From Catajapyx aquilonaris (lineage: Eukaryota): a stretch of DNA of 34,286 bases. How positions within the stretch are numbered: the first letter of the stretch is position 1; each line of letters begins with the position of its first letter. The stretch lies in assembly GCA_000934665.2 (NCBI GenBank), contig JYFJ02001050.1, forward strand, positions 62,001 to 96,286. Direction: 5' to 3'. A program made the translations under genes and the position numbers. The notes below the pieces were generated by a model. The model did no database searches, was not told where the DNA came from, and worked only from the letters and a program-made list of their open reading frames with translations. Below are positions 13,501 to 22,919 of the stretch, in pieces.

Positions 13501-14375
13501 TTACACAAAAGAGGCATAAATTTATCAGTACAGGTAGTGCCGTAAATATCTGCACTGTACAGGGCGAGTCTTACAGCAATTACTGAAAGGTCGAAGGTAA
13601 AAATCTGAACTTTCACATACGCATTACATGTGTATGTTTTTAACATGCCGGCTGACCTGCCTGCCAATTTCACAACAAGTCATGTCGGTCATTGCTGCGA
13701 TTGTCTTGGATGTTGCCGTTGCAAGCGTGGCATCGACAGTGATTGATTGTTGCTGGTGGCATTACCATGGAACAGGCTGCTGACAGTTGAAAAATGTCGC
13801 TTAAAGTCGCTTTTGCACCTGAGTGATTTGATCAGCAAAGTAATCGCTGAACAATGAATCCACGAAAATCGATTGTCACTTTCGACCCAAACAACACACG
13901 ATCCATTGCTCAGCAATGACATAGCCGATCAAATCGCTCACATGCCAATGCTCTTGGAGCCTCTCTAGTAAACATGGCGTTAAAATTTAAATGCAATCAA
14001 TCAGCTAAATACATTTTTGTAATGGGCTCTAGTGGTATTTTTACTGAGATTAAATTAGCATGCAAGAAATGCTGCAAATGAACAGGATGAGACTAGCCAA
14101 CAAGTAGCCAGAGAAGACAGGTAGGTTCTAATTTTGTCAGATCTAGTATAAAAACAATTTTTAATAAAATTGAATGAAATAATTATTAAATCATATCATT
14201 GCATAAAATTATATTATGCTATTGATTAATTGGATAGAAAGCGCTGGTTTGCCTGACGAGATGAGAAGGTCATGTTGATAGCTGTAGGAACAAGCTCCTT
14301 CGGATGGAACCCTGGTCCACCTTTGCAAAAACCGCATCGTGAAGACGGCTGGACCAACTCTCAGCATGGCATCTG
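10525..14375 (-). pseudogene. Decayed tandem duplicate of ABCB7 (remnants of exon 3, intron 5, exon 7, exon 8 and 3' flank)
   Basis: Colinear similarity to the intact gene: 14241-14372 to exon 3 (ATGCGGTTTTTGCAAAGGTGG...), 13121-13333 to intron 5 (17607-17818), about 12230-12391 to exon 7 with deletions, 11092-11210 to exon 8 (DVMNALKRGCSSICIAQRLSTIVDADEIL, then frameshift), and about 10525-10870 to about 15887-16210. Confidence 0.85.
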
Positions 14376-14636
14376 CAAATGAAATTAATTCAATATTGTA
14401 AATTTCATATCACATTCTAGTAAAACGACCAACAAAAAGATTAAGCGATGGACTTGGAATTACTTACACCAAAACCACACTGGTACGACCCACGGAAGGT
14501 TCCCTGCAAATCACTCAACAAATTCACGGTCATTATCAAAACAAATTTTTATTATCCTCAAACAGTCGCAGGTTATTACAAAAGATGCGGATCGTACAAA
14601 ATGCAAGTACAGGCGAAGGTATAACCACCGAAGCTG

Positions 14637-15483
14637 CTAATTGACAACGTGCTCTAGGATCCCCTGCCGAATGAGATTCTCGCATTGGCTCCGAGGCAAA
14701 AAGTGGAAGCTGTTCTTCTTGAGACTCACCACCTGCCCTTCCTCAGTCTCAAAGTCCCCAAAGTCCACCAGGCACCGGACCTCCACGTACAGGCACTTTG
14801 GAGGCTTCAAGTCCTGCGTCAAATCCAAGCCTGCGCCGTCGCCAATGGTGCGCATGTACGTCGCCAGGTTCTTGCTGTACTGGTTGAACCACCGGGTCTG
14901 CAATCAACACAATGCGGGGTTACTCTATTCTACCGGGCTTGTGGTGGAATTAAGCCCACCTCAGGTTCACACATGTTGCTCTTGATGTCGGCAGGCAAAA
15001 TGCTGCCAAACTCCCACCTCATTTGTCGGATTCGCTCGAGTCGGTCGTACCTGCGGAAATCAGTACTTGTTGACCGCCTGACTTACATTGCCCACATGCT
15101 GGGTCCACTCACAAGTACGCCAGAACGCATCGGTTGTTCCTCTCCAATGCTGCGTGCCTCAGGAACATGGAGTTCCACCTCTCCTGCACCTTCGAGCTCC
15201 TGCAAGATGAATGGGAAAGCGGTCAGACCCCTTGCTGCAGCTGCCCCCACAAAAGCTGGTCCCCCACTTGCCAGTCCTTCCTGTTCTCCTCGAAGAGAAG
15301 GTTCATCTCGTCAATCACCTGCCTCAGGATCATGTCCTGCCGAAAGAAAGAAAGAACCCCCAAAGGCATAAGGTTCCCATGCCAACAATGCCCACCCGGG
15401 GCAACTCTCACGTTGAAAGGCGGCAGTGCGTCCTGGCACCTCCTCAGCTCCTTCACCAGCTCCAGGGCCTTCTCCCCGTACAT
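14637..15483 (-). CDS. GINS1: DNA replication complex GINS protein PSF1, 5 exons (15412-15483, 15272-15336, 15113-15199, 14960-15050, 14637-14897), 191 aa
   Basis: Spliced product [13 protein letters not shown]...[16 protein letters not shown].../[35 protein letters not shown].../[31 protein letters not shown]...[13 protein letters not shown] is typical Psf1. Exon phases close only if intron 2 uses a GC donor. Confidence 0.95.
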
Positions 15484-16485
15484 CCCGCCAGCTGGACAGC
15501 CCTCCTGGAACACCGCAGGAAGCACTGGAATGTGTCCGGATAAAGGAACGAGCAACGAGACCGAGACAATGCAAAGGGGGAAAAAAAAGATGGCGCCTTT
15601 TTTTGAAGCTGCTATGTTATGTGTCGACCAAGGTATTAGTTACTTGTAATAGCAGCGATTTGCAGCCATGTTCCAAACTGCGACTCGTTCAAACTGCTTT
15701 TTTTTTCTTCTTCTAATTTGCGGATAAGAAGAAACGTGCAGAAAAAGTGGGGTTGACAGTACAACTGCATTGTTGGGGTCGCTGACTTTTTTATTACTAG
15801 TCTTTTTTTTTGTATCCACAGTGTGATCTGTACAATTTTGCTGAAAATGGCAATCTTCACTGTGCTCGGACATGTGTCATTTCAAAGTGAAATTTGCAGC
15901 GCGGTTTTAGAATGTGACGACGCCAGTCCGCTCTGGACCGCACCGTTCTCCTGTACTGCACATACGTGGGATGGGAGAGCATTACAAGAATTCCGCTGAA
16001 CGACCCACTGTCAGTAAATAAAACGGTCTTTTTTTTATCACAGAGGCTCCCATCCGTGAAGGTTCAATAAATATCTGCACCTTACAGTATGTACAAAAAC
16101 AATCCACTCACACGCTGCCACTCTGCAACAATGTGGTTAACAAGTTATCTGACATTATTTTCAAATGAGCTTTGGTCTCTCGTCTTGACTTTAACGCAAC
16201 AGTTGAGGGGTAGGCAAGTGTTCCTGGTGTTCAGATGTGCAATTTACAGCTTCGTAGGCTGCGGGCCAGAATTTCAAGTTGTTCTCATGGCGACAACCGC
16301 GTGATGCAACTTAACCCTTGTTGTTTGCATTTGAAAAGAGAAGCATCTGTGCGTCTGCCAGCATTTGCATCACCTGGGTGTGGTACGAGTGCGAAACACG
16401 GAGCAAAATGCCAGCCCTCAACCTGCTCCAATTCTGCCAATTTGTGCTACCTACAAAAGTCTCCGCATTAACCAGACTCCTCTTA

Positions 16486-19400
16486 TTAAGAGCCCATTTT
16501 CTGGGAGTCGGTTGCCACCCTGTGCTGCGCGTGCCACAACTTTGCGTACAGGGAATCACGAGCCATCAGTCCCTGGTGAGATCCACTCTCCGCAACCTTC
16601 CCACCGTCCAGCACCAGGATCTCGTCCGCATCCACGACTGTCGACAGCCTGTGGGCGATGCAGATGGACGTGCGGCCCAAGGTCGCTCGCTTCAGGGCAT
16701 TCATTATGTTCTGCGGAGGAAAACTGAGATAGAAATTTCGCACACAATGCATTAAGTACCGGTACGCACATGCTCGGTGATGGAGTCCAGAGACGAGGTG
16801 GCCTCGTCGAATACGAGAATGGGGGAGTCCTTCATAATAGCCCTTGCGATTGCGACTCTCTGCTTCTCGCCACCGCTCAGCTTCAATCCTCTCTCTCCGA
16901 CCTGGGTCATGTAGCCTTCAGGCCAACCCACCACCGCATCGTGCAAGTCTGCCATCCGCGACGCCCTCTCCACCTCCTCCGGACCCTTTGAGAGGTTCCC
17001 GTACAGCAGATTGTAGTAGATGGACTCGTGGAACAGAACACAATCCTGCGGAACTATGGAGATGTTGCCGCGGAGGCTGTCCATCTCCACATCAGATATT
17101 TGCTTCCCTCCAACCAGAATGGATCCCGATGACGGCTCCAGGAAGCGGTACAGGAGACGAACTATTGTCGACTTCCTACAAAACGCGTCGTCATTAATCC
17201 TGTTCCTATATAATCCCCCAAAATCATCCAGGTTGTACTGACCCGCTTCCTGACCCTCCGACAATGGCCACCTTCTTCCCTGGCTCCACTTTAAAGCTGA
17301 GCCCGTCCATCACTCGCTTCCCTGGCACATACTCGAAGGACACGTCCCTGAACTCAATGCTAGCGGTGTCGGGGGTCACAGACAAGGTCGGGGCACCTTT
17401 CTTGCTCTAAACATGAGAGCAGAGAAAGAAACACATTAATAATACTTTCATGCATGCAAACTTTAATGTATGTAAATCCATTTTTATTAGCCTCATACTT
17501 CTTGATGTAATCAATAAAGTAATACAAATTTGCCGTCCATCAAGTCCTACGCATGAACTCCCCACATAATTGTGCAAGTTGCGCAGTTGCATTGACGTAC
17601 GTATGGATTTATTCCACCTTGAATCCCTAACCTACCCCACTCCCACATTTATTAGGCCTCCGACATGCGATGCCACTACTGGTGTTACGCAACCACCCAT
17701 GACCTTACCTACTTCCCAACCCATTAATTATCCTGATGATATAATCAGATAGGATCCCATCTTTCAAACAATCAAGGTCGTCATGGACACACTTTGCACC
17801 TGTCATTAACAAGTGATTATCATCTGGCGTTCATAATTACAACTGTCCGACTTGCAGACTCACCTGTATTCCTGCAGGAACGGTCATGAGGGCAAACATG
17901 GTCTCCATGTCGATCAGGGCCTGTCTGACCTCCCTGTAGACCGACCCCAGGAATCCCAAGGGCAGCGACAGCTGGAAGAGCAGTCCGTTGACCATGACCA
18001 GGTCTCCAACGGTCATTCTGCCCGCAGCGATCTCCCGTGCGGCCAGGACCATGATCCCGCTGATGGCCACACTGAAGATGGCGTTCTGCCCGAAATTCAG
18101 CCACGCCAGGCTGGTGCTCGTCTTCAGGGAAGATACCTCGTACTTGCGCAACGACAGGTCGTAGCGCTCCGCCTCGTACGCCTCGTTGTTGAAGTACTAG
18201 AGGCGAAAAGCAGCAGCTGATATGTCCCCTCAACAATTTTCCCTCCCCTTCGAGATACCTTCACAGTCTCGTAGTTGATCAACGAGTCAATAGCCTTGTT
18301 TCCAGCGTCATTCTCGGCCTTGTTCATGTCCACCCTGAACTTGGTTCGCCACTGGGTCACCAGCAAGGTGAAGACAGCGTAGACTCCGACGCATCCCACG
18401 GCCACACCTGCAAACTCGGCCCCACACTTGAGGCCCAGAATGGTGGACACCAGGGCCAGCTCAAAGGCGGTGGGAACCACGTTGAACACCATGGCTGACA
18501 TCACAAAGTTGATCCCACGGCTCCCACGATCTATAGTCTGCTCTGGGGCAGGGCATTTAGGGAATTATATAGCGCCTTACTAAATGCGCACTTCCCGCAA
18601 AAGACGTACAACCGAAACTCACCCACTCACCTTGGAGAGAGCTCCGGTTTGCCTGCTGAGATGGAAGGACAGGTCGAGTTGGTGGAGGTGCAGGAACACG
18701 TTCTGCGCTATCTTGCGGATCGAATTCTGGGCCACCTTTGCGAAAACTGCATTCCGAAGCTCGTTGAAGCCTGCTGCACCAGCCCTCGCCACACCATCTG
18801 ACAAGAGAATGACCGGTGAATGCACATCCACATTTCATGCTCCATAAACGTACATCCGATGAGAATGGCAGTGGCGGATGCAAGGACGGCGTTCGGTGCA
18901 GTCTCCATGTTGAGCGTCGAACCAGTGTTGAGAGCGTCGACCCCATACTTGAAGAGGAATGGGACAGTCACCCCCAGCACCTTGGCTCCGACCAAAAGCC
19001 CAACGGCCGTCACCACCGTTCTCCGTACGCCAGGGTTGTCTTTTGGCCAGACGTAATCCATCATGGCACGGAGGACGTGAAGCCCCGACACCTTCGCATG
19101 ACTCAGGCCTATGGTGTCGCGAGATATCATGGACACTCCAGGGTGGAAGCACGGGCGGCGGTGGTCCAAGTACGGGGAGGACAGGGGAGAGGGCAGGGTC
19201 TGCAAAGAATTACATACGTCGTTAAGTATCGTACCGCTATAATCTGTACATAGTATACAATGAGAACATCATTATGTCACAGTAGGTTCAACCCTCTGTC
19301 CAAAATCCGCATCCACTCCTCCATAACAAACACGGCCCACTTAAAGCTGTCGCTCGGATCGGCCACAAGTCTCGCTGCATCCAACTGGCTCTCAATGTTC

Positions 19401-20687
19401 ATCCGCTTGCTCCTCAGCAACGTCGCCAGCACCAGTTTGGCTTCCTTGCCAGCTCCCGTGGCCAAGGCAACTCCTATCGGAACACTTGAAAACAAGCCTG
19501 CAGCTGCAACCTCCAGATTCCATGAGACGCCATCGTGGCTACAGAACATATCTTGTAAAACTAGCCGGTCCTCCACTTCCTTGGCTCGCTTTGAGTCGCC
19601 ACAAGCCAGCAGTTCCTCCCGAGTGAATGTGACCATGTCGTGCGGGTTGTCCTTCAGGGCGAACCCATATTCGGACAGCAAGGTCAGATTGGAATGAGCC
19701 CCGTACGGGATCAACACCTCGCTTCCTCTCCGGCACGTTTTAAGCGCACGTACTTCGTAGCAACGTCGCTCAGTGCTGAATGCGCCTGTTGCGGCACCCA
19801 CATCAGGGGTGTGATTGAGAAGGTCTAAAAACGGAGCCATGCAAACTCCATTTGGCAGGCTCAAACAACGAGTGTTCACATTCCAGTACGCAAGGCTAAA
19901 CAGATCCGCATTGCATTTTGCAAGTGCAGATTCGTACTTCGCATGCGATCGGTGGTACTCCTGCTGCATGTCAGGAGGCAGAAACTGTATCTCAACCTTG
20001 CGACACATTGCAAGAACCGAATGCTCTCGTGGAAGCGTATGAATGAACGGGGCATACCGCGATGTTGCTCCCAGCCTAATTTCTTCCAACAGCCGCATTG
20101 TGAGTTCAGCAGTGTCTGAAGCCGTTATAAGCAGCGGTTCAGGGACGGATATGATCAAGTCGCCTGGTTTGACCGTCTTGCTTGCAACAATCCCACGAAT
20201 TCCAGAGAACAGAGCGGGACGCAGGGAGCTTTGCGGCTGCCAGCCAACGCTCCGCATCCAGCGTGTCAGCCCCACAAACTGCGGCTCGTGATCAAGAGTC
20301 ACGGGATGCTCATCTCTTGCGCATCGTTTCCTCGCGGTCCTTCCCTTTCGTTTCATTCTTTTCAAAGCTGAAACAAAATCAGTTCAGCTTATCCGCTACA
20401 CGTTCTTCCAACATCATCCGTCTAATGAGTAATTAGTTTTTCTTAAAAAAATCCAGCATAATACATGTTTACGTAACCATCTTTTTTTCCGTTCCATATC
20501 TCACCCTATGTCCATCGAGTATCCAGCATCCTGTTACCCTGGATCCGAATCGAAGACGACTAGACACGAAGGAGATTGTCCTCCAGCTTCCCCGTTGGCC
20601 TGGACCCGGGGCCAGACCCCGGGCGGGGCTGCCCCGGGCAAGAACCCGGAGCGATCTCGATCCGACTCCGAACGTGAGGGCGGCCAT
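16486..20687 (-). CDS. ABCB7: Mitochondrial ABC transporter ABCB7/Atm1, 8 exons (20505-20687, 18854-19199, 18631-18797, 18259-18537, 17864-18196, 17243-17406, 16770-17175, 16486-16710), about 700 aa
   Basis: Arg/Ser-rich presequence; [59 protein letters not shown]; Walker A GGSGSGKST; signature [23 protein letters not shown]. All introns are GT-AG with consistent phases. The exon 1 donor could alternatively be at 20537. Confidence 0.96.
19277..20356 (-). CDS. SETD4: SET domain-containing protein 4-like lysine methyltransferase, intronless CDS (359 aa) nested in ABCB7 intron 1
   Basis: Basic N-terminus [11 protein letters not shown], then L..W, RGIVA....[24 protein letters not shown] and [15 protein letters not shown]. 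These are SETD4-type (Rubisco-LSMT family) motifs. Confidence 0.88.
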   Translation of the reverse strand: MKRKGRTARKRCARDEHPVTLDHEPQFVGLTRWMRSVGWQPQSSLRPALFSGIRGIVASKTVKPGDLIISVPEPLLITASDTAELTMRLLEEIRLGATSRYAPFIHTLPREHSVLAMCRKVEIQFLPPDMQQEYHRSHAKYESALAKCNADLFSLAYWNVNTRCLSLPNGVCMAPFLDLLNHTPDVGAATGAFSTERRCYEVRALKTCRRGSEVLIPYGAHSNLTLLSEYGFALKDNPHDMVTFTREELLACGDSKRAKEVEDRLVLQDMFCSHDGVSWNLEVAAAGLFSSVPIGVALATGAGKEAKLVLATLLRSKRMNIESQLDAARLVADPSDSFKWAVFVMEEWMRILDRGLNLL

Positions 20688-20945
20688 CTTGGAACACACT
20701 CTCGGGGGGCCGAACCCAACGCAGCAGCTGACAACCCCCAACAAATAGCTAGGGGAAATTGCGCCAATTGGAATATTAGCTAGAAATATAACAGGTTGAC
20801 AGAAACTTACAATTTATTTTAGCAAATTTGCACAATTTTTGCATTGTTAACAAGCGCAGTGTCCTGAGTACTGTCAGATCTCATTAGGTATAAACAATAC
20901 ATGCCAATGACATTGTAATAGCGTTTGTATTTAATTGTGATTAAA

Positions 20946-21860
20946 TCAATGCGCACTTTCCGCACTTTCCTGTTGAGTGCAAATCTGTCCAACTTGTTGC
21001 AAAAATGCAATGAATGGGTCCAATTTGTCCTCCTGGTTGACCCTCCGCCTCCAGAGCAATTCGCTGACGTTGGATGCAAACTCTTCCGGATCAGCCGCCG
21101 CATCAATCCTCCGGATCTTCTTCAGCATCTGGGCCATTGCAGCTTCCACCTCGGATATGTCCAGCCCCCGGTCGTCCTTCTCCGGAATGTGGTAGTCGTA
21201 ACTGTGGCTCAGCACAATGTGGCGGAATATCTCTTGCGACTGGCCGTCGTACGCCATCCAGCTGTCGGTGGATATCACGCTGCCCTTCTGGACGTGCCTG
21301 GACACTAGGGACATGAGGGTGGGAATGTTGTGCGAGTTGTCCTCAACCATGTCCAGCCGCGCTTGGGTGTCATCCACCAGACCGATCAGCCACAGTGTCG
21401 GGGCAGCATCACCATCGTGCCGCCTCTTCCGGCCTCCCACTTTAACCTCATGGATCTCAACCGGTTTGCCGCACCCACCAATCATCCTGCTGGGAGGTTG
21501 TATCTGAAGCGCCTTGCTGCACATACGTCTCGCCTGCTTGTACACACCGCATGCAACGTCTTCAGTGACAAGTTGAGGGCATTGGTCGGCCGCAATGCAC
21601 GGAGCCATAGAGCGTATGAAGCAGTAGGTAAGGACAAGCACCACGTCCATCGGCAACTGGTTCAAGTGAAGCCAGGGATGCCGGAACACCCTGTCGCACT
21701 TGCTGCATTCGAACCTGATGCTGCTTCGAGGCTGCATCGTCTGGCCATGCCTTGGGCATCTGGCCCGCAGCAGCCCCACCATCCTGCACCACTTGGCGGT
21801 CGTGGTCGGGTCCACCAGTACGTCTTGGCCCAGCCTCCGAAGATTCCATCTCCCATCCAT
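20946..21860 (-). CDS. IS1595/ISXO2 (Merlin)-transposase-derived protein A, intronless CDS, 304 aa, probably domesticated
   Basis: CPRH...CSKC zinc ribbon; IGGCGKPVEIHEVKVGGRKRR (family pattern IGG.G..VEIDE.K.G.RK); ISTDSWMAY; ELLWRR. The start at MDGRWNL was chosen by alignment to the neighbouring paralogue. AATAAA on the - strand at 20813-20818. Confidence 0.85.
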   Translation of the reverse strand: MDGRWNLRRLGQDVLVDPTTTAKWCRMVGLLRARCPRHGQTMQPRSSIRFECSKCDRVFRHPWLHLNQLPMDVVLVLTYCFIRSMAPCIAADQCPQLVTEDVACGVYKQARRMCSKALQIQPPSRMIGGCGKPVEIHEVKVGGRKRRHDGDAAPTLWLIGLVDDTQARLDMVEDNSHNIPTLMSLVSRHVQKGSVISTDSWMAYDGQSQEIFRHIVLSHSYDYHIPEKDDRGLDISEVEAAMAQMLKKIRRIDAAADPEEFASNVSELLWRRRVNQEDKLDPFIAFLQQVGQICTQQESAESAH

Positions 21861-22013
21861 CAAGCCACAGCTGGCCAGAAATGAATCAAAAATAAACATG
21901 GCGGACCTGTTGGTGGCTCCACTGGTGATGAATTTGTGATGAACTGATGAACAGAGCAAATGCTGTAAGTTGTGTGCCATGTGCAAATAGCAAGTACACT
22001 CATTACCTGGAGC

Positions 22014-22919
22014 ATGGAAGGCCACTGGAACCTGCTTCGCCTGCAGCTTGAGGTGTTCAGAGACCACGACACGACGGTGCGCTGGTGCCAGGCGGTTGGG
22101 CTCCTCCCGAGCAGAAGGAAGTGCGAGCGGCATGGCCTGCAGATGCGGATGACCACCAGGTTCGTCCATGGGTTCGGCTCCTTCAGATGCACTGACAGCC
22201 GCTGCAGTGTCCAGCGCAGCCTCTCCGTCGGAACCTGGTTTGAGAGCTGCAGTATTCCTATCGACACCGCCATCACGCTCACGTACTGCTTCACCGTGGG
22301 AATGAGCTACGAGGAGACTGGGGTCGAGAGCACCCTGCGGTTGAATGACCTGTCGCCACACACCATATCCACTCGCTTCCAGGCCTGCAGGCAAGTGTGC
22401 GCAAACGTGATCAAGCAGGACACGCTGCAGGTAGGCGGCGACTGCCTGGTGTACCTACATGAGGCCAGGGTGGGCCACGGCGTCACCAAGGGGAAGAAGG
22501 TGCGTCAAGGCATATGGATCCTCGCTCTGACCGACGGAAGGAACACACGTTACATGCCCCTCTCCACTCACACCATGGACCAGCTGATGCTAGTGCTGAA
22601 CAATGTTGTGGTGCCTGGAAGCACCATTGTTACAGAGTGCTGGAAAGCCTACGACGTAGACAAGGAACGGTTTGAGCAAACGCTGGACAAACATGGATTG
22701 TCATTCATGGAGACGCCGCAAGCCGTGGATGCAACCGGCGTTCCAGCTGTGTTCCAGGAGATGGAGAAGCACCTGGGAAAGGCTGGAGTGAGGCAGGAGC
22801 ACATCGAATTGCATGTGTGCGAGTTCCTCTGGAGGCAGAAAGTCAAGGAAGAAAAGAAAGATGTGTTTGCTGCGTTTGTGGCTGATATCGGAAAGGTCTA
22901 CAGCCTGCAGTCTAAGTGA
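22014..22919 (+). CDS. IS1595/ISXO2 (Merlin)-transposase-derived protein B, intronless CDS, 301 aa, probably domesticated
   Basis: MEGHWNL start; CERH...CTDSRC; RSLSVGTWFE; VGGDCLVYLHEARVG; VVPGSTIVTECWKAY; EFLWRQ. Third codon positions are GC-rich like those of the neighbouring host genes. Confidence 0.85.
   Translation: MEGHWNLLRLQLEVFRDHDTTVRWCQAVGLLPSRRKCERHGLQMRMTTRFVHGFGSFRCTDSRCSVQRSLSVGTWFESCSIPIDTAITLTYCFTVGMSYEETGVESTLRLNDLSPHTISTRFQACRQVCANVIKQDTLQVGGDCLVYLHEARVGHGVTKGKKVRQGIWILALTDGRNTRYMPLSTHTMDQLMLVLNNVVVPGSTIVTECWKAYDVDKERFEQTLDKHGLSFMETPQAVDATGVPAVFQEMEKHLGKAGVRQEHIELHVCEFLWRQKVKEEKKDVFAAFVADIGKVYSLQSK

Noticed and set aside
13689..13970. Coding exon within the pseudogene interval
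   Set aside because: No recognisable similarity in the - strand frames I read, and no convincing exon partners.
17730..17770. Hammerhead ribozyme or box C/D snoRNA from CTGATGA/CTGA motifs
   Set aside because: There is no GAAA core element for a hammerhead. The putative guide sequences before the D box differ between the two copies, and box C is degenerate.
17775..17812. SECIS element (ATGA...AAA...GA on - strand)
   Set aside because: The ATGA-to-AA spacing is 7 nt (9 in the copy) rather than about 11-13, the site is intronic, and no in-frame UGA gene is associated.
21861..22394. N-terminal extension giving a 482-aa ORF for transposase-derived gene A
   Set aside because: It is mostly the antisense shadow of GC3-rich gene B. 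Similarity between the paralogues starts at MDGRWNL, and an acceptor lies just before that ATG.
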